This document shows, one piece after another, positions 1-9,037 of a stretch of 64,000 nt of DNA (positions are counted from its first letter, which is position 1; every line of letters starts with the position of its first letter). A program made the translations under genes and the position numbers. This DNA comes from a bacterium (GTDB lineage: Bacteria; Patescibacteriota; Minisyncoccia; Moranbacterales; GWC2-37-73): assembly GCA_037140955.1 (NCBI GenBank), contig JBAXDL010000003.1, positions 27,348 to 91,347 on the forward strand, written 5' to 3'. The notes beneath the pieces were generated by a model that was not told the DNA's origin, did no database searches, and saw only the letters and a list, made by a program, of their open reading frames with translations.

Positions 1-1344
1 TCAATCAAAACTTTTGGACCAACTGAGTTTGCTCTCAAACTTTGGTCAATCATCTTTGGCACACTCACGGTTCTTGGAGTCTTTCTTTTGGCCAATGAAC
101 TTTTTGCAAACCAGTTGGCCGGACTTGTTGGAGCATATTTGATTGCTTTTTCCTATTGGGCGATTAATTTTTCGCGCATTGGCTTTCGCGCCATCATGGT
201 TCCCTGCATTTTAACCTTTGCTTTCTATTTTCTCTTAAAAGGCCTTCGCACAAAAAAATTGCATGATTTCATTATTGCCGGTGCGATCTATGGATTGGGA
301 GTTCACACCTACATCGCCTTTCGAGTTTCTCCTCTTGTGCTGGTGGCACTTTTTGTTTCATTGCTAATCACACGCAAAAACTTTATTCGAGAATATTGGA
401 AACATGTGCTTGTTTTTACTTTTGCCATGTTTGTGGCAGCCTTTCCAATGTTGGCCGATTTTTTCATATACAACCCGCAGCACTATGCCTCTCGCACCAG
501 TGAAATTTCTGTTTTAAACCCAGCTTCCAATCAAGGACACCTCGTGCTGACAGTTGCCAAAACATTCGCACTCAGCATTCAAAAATATTTCATCATGGGC
601 GATCTCAACATGCGCCACAACTACAGACCATATGCCCTGCTAAATCCAATCGTGAGCGTTGCGTTTTTGCTTGGTCTAATCTATATCATCAACAAATTCT
701 CTCATCTTCTTTGGCTGCGATTCAAAAAACAAGAGCGCAATGAAAAACTCGATATCTATGTACTGCTCTTGGCTTGGTTTTTTGCACTCCTTATTCCTGA
801 ATTTTTGGCCAATGAAGGAAACCCTCACGCTTTGCGTTCCATTGGAACCTTGCCAGCAGTGATCATCATCTCAGTCATTCCTTTTCTTTGGGTTTTCAAA
901 AAATATTCACAATTTGGACATGCCTACAAAACTTTCACCATCTGCATGCTAACATTTGCTTTTGTTTTTATTGGACTATCCGACCCAATCAAATATTTTG
1001 TCTTTTTTGCTAATAGCCCGAAGCAGCATGAGGTTTTTGATGCCAACCTGCGAAGTGTTTCAGATTTCATCAGAACGCTGCCAGCAGCAGAAAAAAAATA
1101 CATAGTGACCGGTTCAATGGAAAGACTCACTATCAAATATCTAAACCCAACACTGCCAAACACCTTCTACTATTACCCTGGCGAGGCTTCAAACATTCAA
1201 GCCGCACCAAATGAAAAGATTCAGATAATCTTCACTGCTTGGGATTGGGACACGATGAACTCTTTGAAAGACAGAATTCCAAATCTGAAAGTAGAGGAGC
1301 ACAACAATAAATTTGGCGATATTTTTATAATACTAAGCAATTAA
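1..1344 (+). CDS. Membrane glycosyltransferase, GT39/ArnT/PMT family (5' partial). The reading frame is open from base 1.
   Basis: Frame 1 is open from position 1 (SIKTFGPTEFALKLWSIIFG...). The protein is multi-TM and hydrophobic with the N-terminal loop architecture of GT39/ArnT-like lipid-carrier-dependent glycosyltransferases. It is paralogous to 1357..3204 and 19626..22010. Confidence 0.55.
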   Translation, partial: SIKTFGPTEFALKLWSIIFGTLTVLGVFLLANELFANQLAGLVGAYLIAFSYWAINFSRIGFRAIMVPCILTFAFYFLLKGLRTKKLHDFIIAGAIYGLGVHTYIAFRVSPLVLVALFVSLLITRKNFIREYWKHVLVFTFAMFVAAFPMLADFFIYNPQHYASRTSEISVLNPASNQGHLVLTVAKTFALSIQKYFIMGDLNMRHNYRPYALLNPIVSVAFLLGLIYIINKFSHLLWLRFKKQERNEKLDIYVLLLAWFFALLIPEFLANEGNPHALRSIGTLPAVIIISVIPFLWVFKKYSQFGHAYKTFTICMLTFAFVFIGLSDPIKYFVFFANSPKQHEVFDANLRSVSDFIRTLPAAEKKYIVTGSMERLTIKYLNPTLPNTFYYYPGEASNIQAAPNEKIQIIFTAWDWDTMNSLKDRIPNLKVEEHNNKFGDIFIILSN

Positions 1345-1356
1345 ACAAAAATAAAT

Positions 1357-3204
1357 ATGGAAAAGTTTCTCAAGAAAAAATACAAAATAATTGTCACCGT
1401 CATCATGACAATCTTTTTTGTGGTCTCACTTTTAAACGCAAAAAATGACAGTGCAACTTTTGATGAAATTGCTCACATTCCTGCTGGATATAGTTATGTT
1501 CAAATGCAGGACATGCGCCTAAATCCAGAACACCCACCCTTACTGAAAGATTTGATTGGAATTCCTTTGGCTTTTTTGAATCTCAAATTTGACACCACTG
1601 CCACATTTTGGACAGGCGAAGGCTTTGCTCGAATTTGGGATGATGGCCAATGGGCTGCCGGCAAGCATCTTTTGTATGAAGCAGGAAACAATCCTGATCA
1701 GATTATTTTTTGGGCGCGCGTTCCAATTATCATTCTTTCTGTTGTTCTTGGTTTGTTTTTGTTCATGTGGGGCAAGCAAATTGCTGGAACATTGGGTGGA
1801 TTGTTTGTGTTGGTTTTGTACGCTTTTGATCCAAACATTCTTGGACACAATCACTATGTCACCACCGACATCGGCATCGCAACATTTTTGACTTTCATGT
1901 TTTACTATTTCATCAGATTCATCAAAAATCCAACTTGGAAAAATGTTGTCGTTGGAGGAATATTTTTGGGACTTGTTGGTCTGGTGAAATTCTCATCGCT
2001 CATGGCTTTCCCTATTCTTGGACTTGTTCTTATTGTCTATCCTCTTGTCAAAAAAATCTCACACGACGACAAAGAGATCAAGGAAAAATTCTTGCGCACA
2101 AAATTGTTCTTTTCATATCTCGGAAAAGGAATTGTGGCTTTTGCAATTTCCATGGTTGTGATTTGGATTTTGTATTTTGTTAACACCTACAACATGCCGA
2201 GAGAAATAATTGCCAGACAAATAAACTTCTCCTTTCCGCTTGATGATCCTAATCCTCTCAGCATGATCACCAACAAGTCCCTCGCTGTAATAAACTCAAC
2301 AACCCTCACAAAACCACTTGCTGAATATTTCCTTGGTGTCACCATGGTTTTCAAGCGCGTGGCCGGTGGAAATGGCGCATACTTTTTGGAAAATGTTTCC
2401 AGCAAGGCTTCCAAGATTTATTTCCCACTAGTTTTCACTATCAAAGAAACAATGCCATTTTTGACGCTTATTGTTTTCTCCTTGACCTATACACTCATTC
2501 AAATTTTTTCAACATTCAAAAGATCGTTGCGAGAAAAAACTGTTGGAAAAAATTTCAAGCGCTTTCTGCAAACAGGCGTCACGGAATATGCACTCTTTAG
2601 TTTTATTGTGCTGTATGGATATTTGAGCATCACAGGAAACCTCAACATCGGCTTGCGCCATCTTTTTCCAATCATGCCACTTGCCTATTTGCTGGTTACC
2701 AAAAAAGTTTTCGATTTCATGCAAGGCAAACACCTTGCCACCAAGCATCAGTTGCAAATCATCATTTCCATCTTAATAATCTGGATCATGCTTATTCCGG
2801 TGTTTAGTTATCCTGGCTATGTTTCATATTTCAACGAAACAGTGGGTGGCAGCAAAAATGGATACAAATATGTCACAGATTCAAATGTTGATTGGGGTCA
2901 GGATCTTATTCGTCTGAAAAAATTCCTAAATGAAAATCCTCAAATAGAAAAGATCAATGTTGATTATTTCGGAGGTGGAAATCCTGCTTATTATCTTGGT
3001 GACAAATATGCTTCACTTTGGGATTCAAAACGCCCAATTGAAAAAGGATGGTACGCCATCTCAGTCAATTCATTGCAAGTTAGCATCTATGACAAGGTAA
3101 ACAAAACAGCTGACACCAATTATGCCTGGACAAAAGCCTACACGCCAGCCACGATGATTGGCAATTCCATTATGATCTACTATGTCCCAGAAACGATAAA
3201 ATAA
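1357..3204 (+). CDS. Membrane glycosyltransferase, GT39/ArnT/PMT family (phospholipid carrier-dependent).
   Basis: 615 aa with many TM helices. There is a DE-containing first loop (DEIAHIPAGYSY) near the N-terminus, as in PMT/ArnT-family enzymes. The start lies 13 nt after the upstream paralog. Confidence 0.6.
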   Translation: MEKFLKKKYKIIVTVIMTIFFVVSLLNAKNDSATFDEIAHIPAGYSYVQMQDMRLNPEHPPLLKDLIGIPLAFLNLKFDTTATFWTGEGFARIWDDGQWAAGKHLLYEAGNNPDQIIFWARVPIIILSVVLGLFLFMWGKQIAGTLGGLFVLVLYAFDPNILGHNHYVTTDIGIATFLTFMFYYFIRFIKNPTWKNVVVGGIFLGLVGLVKFSSLMAFPILGLVLIVYPLVKKISHDDKEIKEKFLRTKLFFSYLGKGIVAFAISMVVIWILYFVNTYNMPREIIARQINFSFPLDDPNPLSMITNKSLAVINSTTLTKPLAEYFLGVTMVFKRVAGGNGAYFLENVSSKASKIYFPLVFTIKETMPFLTLIVFSLTYTLIQIFSTFKRSLREKTVGKNFKRFLQTGVTEYALFSFIVLYGYLSITGNLNIGLRHLFPIMPLAYLLVTKKVFDFMQGKHLATKHQLQIIISILIIWIMLIPVFSYPGYVSYFNETVGGSKNGYKYVTDSNVDWGQDLIRLKKFLNENPQIEKINVDYFGGGNPAYYLGDKYASLWDSKRPIEKGWYAISVNSLQVSIYDKVNKTADTNYAWTKAYTPATMIGNSIMIYYVPETIK

Positions 3205-3222
3205 ACAATATTGTGCAAAATA

Positions 3223-3258
3223 AAAACGCTCCAAGAAATTGTGAGCGTTTTTATTTTT
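3223..3258. terminator. Hairpin plus T-tract between convergent genes: aaaacgctc-N11-gagcgtttt, then tatttttc.
   Basis: 9-bp stem with an 11-nt loop. T-runs follow on both strands. It sits between the end of a + gene at 3204 and the end of a - gene at 3267. Confidence 0.5.
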
Positions 3259-3266
3259 CTTTATTG

Positions 3267-4166
3267 TTACTTTTTCTTTTCAACTTTCTTTGCTTCAACA
3301 TTAACTGCTTGATCCACAGACACTGTTTGTTCAGCGTTTTTTAGTTTATAGAAAACTTTGTTTTCATTGCGCAGGTCAAAATATGCCACATTATTTTTTT
3401 TGTCACCAGTAATTTCTTTTTTAAAAATAGTTTCTAAGGTTTTCATTGCTCCCTCGAGAGAGTATTGTGTTGAGAAATAGAACTCAGTTCCCTGACTTGT
3501 TTTGACATTAATCTCCTGAGCCATTCGAGATGGTGTGAAATATTGATCAATAATTTCAAAGCCAATTTTTGCAAGCTGATCCTTTATTCCCAGCATGTAC
3601 TGTTCATAGGAAAAATCAACAATATCGCTTCCAATTTCAACCTCTTTTCCGCTTTTATCAACAATTTGCAAAAGATTGTTCTGAATCAACTCCTGTGATG
3701 AAAAATCAGCCTCGCTATATGCAATACCGTTCTCGTCCAACATGAAACATTTTTCATTGCTACACCAAACAAGCAGCGCATTTCTTTCTTCAATATTTAT
3801 GTCAACAGAATCTGGAAATCTCTTTGAAACTTTTATTGTTTTTATTTTTTTAAAATTTTGACTCAAAATCTTCTCAACCTTCCCTTGAGAAATAAACAAA
3901 AAATTATTTCTAGGAATTATTCCCAAATATTTTCCATCCAATGAAACACCAACAACAGCTTGCAATTGAGCATTGTCCAATTCTTTTGCTCCAGCAACAA
4001 CAATATTTGAAATCTTCAGATATGGAGAAAAAAACACAATATATATAGTAACCGCAATAAAGGATATTAACAGTAGATAGAAAATAACCTTAGAAAAAAT
4101 TACTTGTTTGACATTATTGCTTTCGCAATGATCACCTGTGCAATTTTTGATATATTTTTTGCTCAT
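3267..4166 (-). CDS. ftsQ: Cell division protein FtsQ/DivIB-like (N-terminal TM plus POTRA-like region).
   Basis: Short cytoplasmic N-terminus, a single TM (VIFYLLLISFIAVTIYIVFF), then a POTRA-like pattern ...I.N..V.G......I..........R..P..........RNALLVW.... Confidence 0.4.
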   Translation of the reverse strand: MSKKYIKNCTGDHCESNNVKQVIFSKVIFYLLLISFIAVTIYIVFFSPYLKISNIVVAGAKELDNAQLQAVVGVSLDGKYLGIIPRNNFLFISQGKVEKILSQNFKKIKTIKVSKRFPDSVDINIEERNALLVWCSNEKCFMLDENGIAYSEADFSSQELIQNNLLQIVDKSGKEVEIGSDIVDFSYEQYMLGIKDQLAKIGFEIIDQYFTPSRMAQEINVKTSQGTEFYFSTQYSLEGAMKTLETIFKKEITGDKKNNVAYFDLRNENKVFYKLKNAEQTVSVDQAVNVEAKKVEKKK

Positions 4167-4188
4167 TTTTTTGTTTTATATTTTTCTT

Positions 4189-5088
4189 TTATATGTCCAT
4201 GAACAATGTTTCCAAAACAAGCCGCCCATTAGCATTGCTTCTCTTGAGAATTGTCATGCTCTTTTGAATTTTAGAGATGCTGTCATATGATTTTTTAGCA
4301 TCTTGACCATTGGCAACAATCATGGATTTCCTGATTTCCCAAAGCCAAATATTCAATTTTTCTATTGTTCTGAGTGTGTCCTTTGAGAGTTGTTCTGCGA
4401 GCTTGAACTTTTCATTCAACGTTCCTTTTTTCATTTTTTCAAATTCCATGAGCGCATCAATTCTGAAGTTTTTTTCTTCCACATTGGCATTCAAAAATTT
4501 TGCCAAGCCTGGTCTGCCAATTGAAAGCTCAATGCAATCATTTTGAAATGAAAAATCTTCACCAAAGCCTTTTTGCATGTCGCGATCTTCAACCAAACCA
4601 AAATTAAGAATCTGCAAGCGTGAGATTATTGTTGGCAAGATCCTGTCTATCTCATGGGTAACCAAGATTATTATTGTTGTTGGGTTTGGCTCTTCCAGGA
4701 TTTTCAAAAGTCCATTTTGCGCAGAAACATTCATTTTGTGAGCGCTATCAACAATCAAAATCTTGTATTTTCCATGATATGGAAACAAGCTTAGGCTGTT
4801 TTTGGCATCTCTGATTGCCTCAATAGAAATGTCACGCTGTTTTGTGATGCCATTTTTTTCTACCATTTCAGGTTCCACCACAAGCAAGTCCAGCAACGCT
4901 TCTTTGTTGTACTCATCCATTGTCAGTGACAATTCATCCCCAGAAATGGCAGCCAAGGCAAACATTTTTGCCAGTGTGAATTTGCCAACATTTTGCGGAC
5001 CAGAAAAAAGATAAGCATGACCAAGACTGCTCTTTTTTAGTGAGTTTCTAAGTATTGAGGCAACCTTTGTGTTTCCAATAAAGTCCAT
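4189..5088 (-). CDS. holB: DNA polymerase III delta-prime subunit.
   Basis: HAYLFSGPQNVGKFTLA (P-loop-like), LLKILEEP, SRLQ box. The length is about 300 aa. Confidence 0.75.
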   Translation of the reverse strand: MDFIGNTKVASILRNSLKKSSLGHAYLFSGPQNVGKFTLAKMFALAAISGDELSLTMDEYNKEALLDLLVVEPEMVEKNGITKQRDISIEAIRDAKNSLSLFPYHGKYKILIVDSAHKMNVSAQNGLLKILEEPNPTTIIILVTHEIDRILPTIISRLQILNFGLVEDRDMQKGFGEDFSFQNDCIELSIGRPGLAKFLNANVEEKNFRIDALMEFEKMKKGTLNEKFKLAEQLSKDTLRTIEKLNIWLWEIRKSMIVANGQDAKKSYDSISKIQKSMTILKRSNANGRLVLETLFMDI

Positions 5089-5213
5089 ATGAATTTAAAT
5101 TTCTAATTCTGAATTTTTAATTTTGAATAAAATCTTAATGGCACAATGTTTCAAAATTTAAAACATTGAAAATTCATTCAAAATTCAAAATTGGAAATTA
5201 AAAATTAATAGCC

Positions 5214-6356
5214 CTACTTTTCCAATAATGCTTTTTCAATAAACTGACCAAATTCCCTTTGAAATCTTTCTCTTGAAAATTCTTCTCCTCTTTTTCTTAT
5301 CACATCTTTATCATAATTCCCCTCATTATTCAAAAATCTTCTCACGCCATCAGCCAAAACTTCGGGAGTTTGGGCATCAAAAAATTCCCCCGTAACACCC
5401 TCTTGCACGGTTTCCAGTGCGCCACCCTTGCGAAATGCAATCACAGGAACACCACACAGCATTGATTCTATTGGAGTTATTCCAAAATCATCCTCTGCTG
5501 CGAAAATAAAAGCCTTGGCTCCTTTGAAATATTGTTGAGTGACCTTGTCCGACTTCCATCCCAGAATCTTAATGTTGTCCTTGGCAATTTTTCTGAGGTG
5601 TTTTTCTTGTTTACCTGTTCCAATCACAACCAAGGGCAATCCCAATTTATTGAAAGACTCCACCACCAAATCAACTTTTTTGTAAGGAGAAAGACGTGAG
5701 ACAACCAGGAAATAGTCTTTGTCTGTCAATTCTTGGCTTTTGGTTTCTAAATCCACTTCTTGCCTCAGGCTAACTGGTGGATATATTACCGAAGAATCAC
5801 GCCTATAATATTTTGAAATTCTTTTTTGCGTATACGATGAATTTGCAATCAAGTGTTCCGGCCTTTGCGCTGCAAGATTGTCCCAGAGGCGCAAATAGTT
5901 GAAAAAGAAGCGCAAGAAAAAATTAGCTTTTGTTTTTCTATCTTCCTTCAAATATCTCTCATTATAATCCCAAACCCAACGCATTGGCGAATGCAAATAT
6001 GCCACATTCACCGTGTCCAATTTTGTCACAATCCCCTTGCTCCAAGCGCCAGAAGATGAAATGACCAAGTCAAATTCACGCAAATCAAATGTCTCAGGAA
6101 TAACAGGGAAAAAAGGCAACAGCCATTGCTGGTTTTTTCGCAAAATTTTTGGAAACTTCTGCAAATAAGACGCAACAATGTTTCTATCCTTAAAATAGGT
6201 TGATTTTATTTTTTCATCATACAAAATGGTATAAATCGGAGCATCTGGATACATCTTGGCAATTTCCAAAAGAACCCGCTCTGCACCACCAAAAACAGTG
6301 ACAAAATCATGCACAATGGCAACTTTTATTTTTTTTTCAGCAACATCTTCTTTCAT
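5214..6356 (-). CDS. Glycosyltransferase family 4 (GT-B, group 1).
   Basis: GGAERV motif near the N-terminus. The C-terminal half is of the E-x7-E type (GITPIESMLCGVPVIA). The start overlaps the stop of the upstream recombinase by 4 nt. Confidence 0.7.
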   Translation of the reverse strand: MKEDVAEKKIKVAIVHDFVTVFGGAERVLLEIAKMYPDAPIYTILYDEKIKSTYFKDRNIVASYLQKFPKILRKNQQWLLPFFPVIPETFDLREFDLVISSSGAWSKGIVTKLDTVNVAYLHSPMRWVWDYNERYLKEDRKTKANFFLRFFFNYLRLWDNLAAQRPEHLIANSSYTQKRISKYYRRDSSVIYPPVSLRQEVDLETKSQELTDKDYFLVVSRLSPYKKVDLVVESFNKLGLPLVVIGTGKQEKHLRKIAKDNIKILGWKSDKVTQQYFKGAKAFIFAAEDDFGITPIESMLCGVPVIAFRKGGALETVQEGVTGEFFDAQTPEVLADGVRRFLNNEGNYDKDVIRKRGEEFSRERFQREFGQFIEKALLEK

Positions 6357-7165
6357 AAAGGACTTTTTATGTTTCTTAGCATCGGATTCGTCACCTTGGT
6401 ATATATCTGTGTTGTCCTTATATTAGCATGACCAAGAAGTTCCTGTACATATCGAACATCAACACCATTTTCCAACAAATGTGTTGCAAAGGAATGCCTG
6501 AGCGAATGAAATGTGGCATCCTTTTGGATTCCAGCTTTTTGCAAGGCATTTTCAAAAACCTTTTGCGCCGTTCGTTCCGTGAGCTTTCCCTTGCGCTCAC
6601 TAGCAAAAACAAACTCATCAAGATCCTTGCCTGCAATCAGGCTTTGAATTTTTTCAACCAATTTTTCAGGAAGCACTGTGATTCGATCCTTGTTTCCTTT
6701 GGCTCCCTTGAGATGCATTGTCAATTCAGGCAAATCCAAATCCTTGACCTTCAAGTTTATGACCTCACTAACTCTCAGTCCCCCAGCATATGCAAGCGCA
6801 ATCATCAAATTGTGCTTTTGATTGATAATTTCATTCAAAATGACTTGAATTTCATCTCGCGAAAGCACAATTGGAAGCTTGCTGGCAGTTTTGGCAAAAT
6901 GCACATCAATTTTTCCTCTATATTTGAGCACATTCCAGCAGAAAAAATTAATCGCTTGCAGACTTTGATTTGTTGTCTGAGAAGAATATCCTTTGTCCAC
7001 TTTTGATAGGATGAATTTCTTGATAAAATCAACATCAACCTTTTCAAAATTATCCTTTTTTGCTTGCAAATACTCAGCCACACAGAAAGAATAACTCTTG
7101 ATAGTTTTTGGACTGTATTTTCTCAGTCGCAATTCATCTTGAAGTTTTTGCAAATAGACGTCCAT
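6353..7165 (-). CDS. xer: Tyrosine-type site-specific recombinase, XerC/XerD family (short, 270 aa).
   Basis: The C-terminal catalytic region is HSLRHSFATHLLENGVDVRYVQELLGHANIRTTQIYTKV (R..H..R..H...Y). It is translationally coupled (ATGA overlap) to the downstream GT4 gene. Confidence 0.85.
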   Translation of the reverse strand: MDVYLQKLQDELRLRKYSPKTIKSYSFCVAEYLQAKKDNFEKVDVDFIKKFILSKVDKGYSSQTTNQSLQAINFFCWNVLKYRGKIDVHFAKTASKLPIVLSRDEIQVILNEIINQKHNLMIALAYAGGLRVSEVINLKVKDLDLPELTMHLKGAKGNKDRITVLPEKLVEKIQSLIAGKDLDEFVFASERKGKLTERTAQKVFENALQKAGIQKDATFHSLRHSFATHLLENGVDVRYVQELLGHANIRTTQIYTKVTNPMLRNIKSPL

Positions 7166-7235
7166 TGATATTTATGCTAATATTGCCTTGTAAATAAATT
7201 ATACAAAATATTCGCAATAGATGCAAAATTTTGTA

Positions 7236-7262
7236 CAGTATGCGAAAACACTTCGCATACAA
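7236..7262. promoter_or_regulatory. dif-like palindrome: cagtatgcgaa-aacac-ttcgcatacaa (arms of about 11 bp, 5-nt spacer).
   Basis: The 9-bp arms are perfectly inverted (gtatgcgaa / ttcgcatac), extending to 11 with two mismatches. The site lies 70-95 bp upstream of the xer start and has the architecture of Xer recombination sites. Confidence 0.35.
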
Positions 7263-7311
7263 AAGAGTTGATCTGAAATGTCGCTCCACTACGTTTGCTC
7301 CATTTCAAATC

Positions 7312-7340
7312 AACGTGCGCGCCTGCCAGGCGCGCACGTT
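7312..7340. promoter_or_regulatory. 29-bp perfect GC-rich palindrome: aacgtgcgcgcctg-c-caggcgcgcacgtt.
   Basis: 14-bp arms with a 1-nt centre. It is the most GC-rich 30-mer in an AT-rich spacer, lies between the divergent xer and the 7417 gene, and is preceded by an overlapping 14-bp imperfect hairpin (7267-7314). Confidence 0.4.
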
Positions 7341-7416
7341 GTGCGAAATCTAGAATTTACATTTTATTTTGAAGGGCAAGAAAAATTATTTAATACGAGA
7401 ATATAATTTAACTTTT

Positions 7417-8070
7417 ATGAACACATATATTTATAAGAAATATGTAATTATTTTTGGATTTATTATTGGCTCCCTTCTTTTTATTATAGATCACCATTTG
7501 GAATATTTTTTGTACGGATTTATTATTGGCGCAATAATTTCTGTTGTTTATGTTTATACTTTTATTCCCAAGGCGGAATCTTCAGTTATAGTTTTTGATG
7601 ATGAAAAAATGATGCCCGGATCACCAATGCCATCAAAAATTTACATTTTAAGAGGGTTTTTTATAGGATTGCTTGTTTCTTTTATATTGATTCTGATTCC
7701 AGTTTTTATGCGCTCAATCCGTGACTTTAATCAAGCAAGAAAAGCTCATACGGATTATGTTTACGTAATTCAAAATTGCGGAAATAATCCAAGTGATAGT
7801 TGTCTCAGGAAATTGTGTTCTAATAATTACGATTGCGGGTTTGCTGTAATAAAAGATCCTCTTTCTTCTTTTGCATTAGAATATCATGATTATCGAGTTG
7901 AAAATGCTTCATATGCTTGGACGTTACTAATTCCAGATATCAGCGAGGGACTACAAGTATATTATATGTTTGGTTATTTGGGATTACTTGTCTTGCTATT
8001 ATTTTTAATCATTCCAGTATTATTAGGCTCGCTATTCGGTTTTATATATGGAAAATCGAAATACAAATAA
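7417..8070 (+). CDS. Hypothetical 4-TM membrane protein with a Cys-rich central loop. The start is uncertain: the ORF track uses TTG at 7369, and ATG 7417 is preferred here.
   Basis: Hydrophobic segments occur at both ends. The central loop reads NCGNNPSDSCLRKLCSNNYDCGF. A TATAAT lies at 7402-7407, 9 nt before the ATG. No recognisable family. Confidence 0.35.
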   Translation: MNTYIYKKYVIIFGFIIGSLLFIIDHHLEYFLYGFIIGAIISVVYVYTFIPKAESSVIVFDDEKMMPGSPMPSKIYILRGFFIGLLVSFILILIPVFMRSIRDFNQARKAHTDYVYVIQNCGNNPSDSCLRKLCSNNYDCGFAVIKDPLSSFALEYHDYRVENASYAWTLLIPDISEGLQVYYMFGYLGLLVLLLFLIIPVLLGSLFGFIYGKSKYK

Positions 8071-8330
8071 ATTTTCTTGCCCTTTATTTTTAATGAAAAT
8101 TCTCGACATCGTCCAACACGGCATATCTGGTTTCGCTACGCTACACCCAAATGCTTCGCACTTCAGATGGTGCCAATACGTTGATCTGAAATGTTCCCAA
8201 ATTAGGAACACTTCAATTTGCATTCATAAAAAATTCATTTGTCCACATATTGAATACAACTAAATTTCAACATTGATTCATATATGCAAAAGTGATCAAG
8301 AAATAATATTTGATATTTTTCATATTAAGA

Positions 8331-8359
8331 TTGCCCATTTTTTAATCTTTTGCTACAAT
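8331..8359 (+). promoter_or_regulatory. Near-consensus sigma70-type promoter: TTGCCC, 17 bp, TACAAT. The -10 ends 6 nt before the ATG, predicting a leaderless mntA-hepT transcript.
   Basis: ttgccc (8331-8336), a 17-nt spacer, tacaat (8354-8359), ATG at 8366. There is no SD. Confidence 0.4.
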
Positions 8360-8365
8360 ACAGCC

Positions 8366-8665
8366 ATGACTACATTAACTATCAAAAATCAAATAATCCC
8401 TATTTTAAAGCGCCAAGGAGTCCTTAAGGCGGCTATTTTTGGTTCTTTTGCAAGAGGTGAGGAAACAAAAAGAAGCGATGTTGATATTTTGGTAAAACTT
8501 GGCAAAAACAAGAGTTTGCTTGATCTTGTCGGGCTTAAGCTTGAATTGGAAGATAGTCTTGGTAGGGATGTCGATGTCGTTTCCTATGGAGGAATTAACC
8601 CACTCTTGAAAAATATAATTTTAAAAGAACAAAAAGTGATTTATGAAAGAAAAAAAAGATCCTAA
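8366..8665 (+). CDS. mntA: MntA-type minimal nucleotidyltransferase (antitoxin of a HepT/MntA TA pair).
   Basis: GSFARGEETKRSDVDILV (GS-x9-13-D-x-D nucleotidyltransferase motif). About 99 aa from ATG 8366. The track's 8273 start adds an unlikely 31-aa extension. Confidence 0.75.
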   Translation: MTTLTIKNQIIPILKRQGVLKAAIFGSFARGEETKRSDVDILVKLGKNKSLLDLVGLKLELEDSLGRDVDVVSYGGINPLLKNIILKEQKVIYERKKRS

Positions 8666-8987
8666 AATTTTTCTTACACATATTTTAAAAAGTATAGAGA
8701 GAATAGAAGATGATACGGCTGGTTTGTCTGAGGCTCAATTTTCAAGAGCACTAACCGTTCAAGATGCGGTTGTGCGTAGGCTGGAAATTATCGGTGAAGC
8801 TGTAAGAAATATTGCAGATGATTTTAGAAAAAAGCATACTAAAATCCCTTGGAAGAAAATGGCAGGATTGCGTGATGTTTTGATTCATGAATATTTTGGT
8901 GTCGACATGGAACTTGTTTGGAAAATTATTAACAATGATATTCCAAAATTGAAAAAACAAATTTTGAAAATAGTTGAAAAACTTTAG
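8643..8987 (+). CDS. hepT: HepT-type toxin (DUF86, HEPN family).
   Basis: R-x4-HxY motif (RDVLIHEYF). 114 aa. It overlaps the mntA stop by 23 nt. Confidence 0.7.
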   Translation: MKEKKDPKIFLTHILKSIERIEDDTAGLSEAQFSRALTVQDAVVRRLEIIGEAVRNIADDFRKKHTKIPWKKMAGLRDVLIHEYFGVDMELVWKIINNDIPKLKKQILKIVEKL

Positions 8988-9037
8988 AATTAAAAAAGTA
9001 ATTCGCCAAAAAACTAACACTGATTGAGATACTATCC

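Noticed and set aside
6353-8194. A classical integron (IntI plus attI plus attC cassettes).
   Set aside because: The recombinase is 270 aa without the IntI-specific insertion and is translationally coupled to a housekeeping-like GT4 gene. The 15-bp repeat does not fit the GTTRRRY core. It is kept only as a looser Xer-associated cassette hypothesis.
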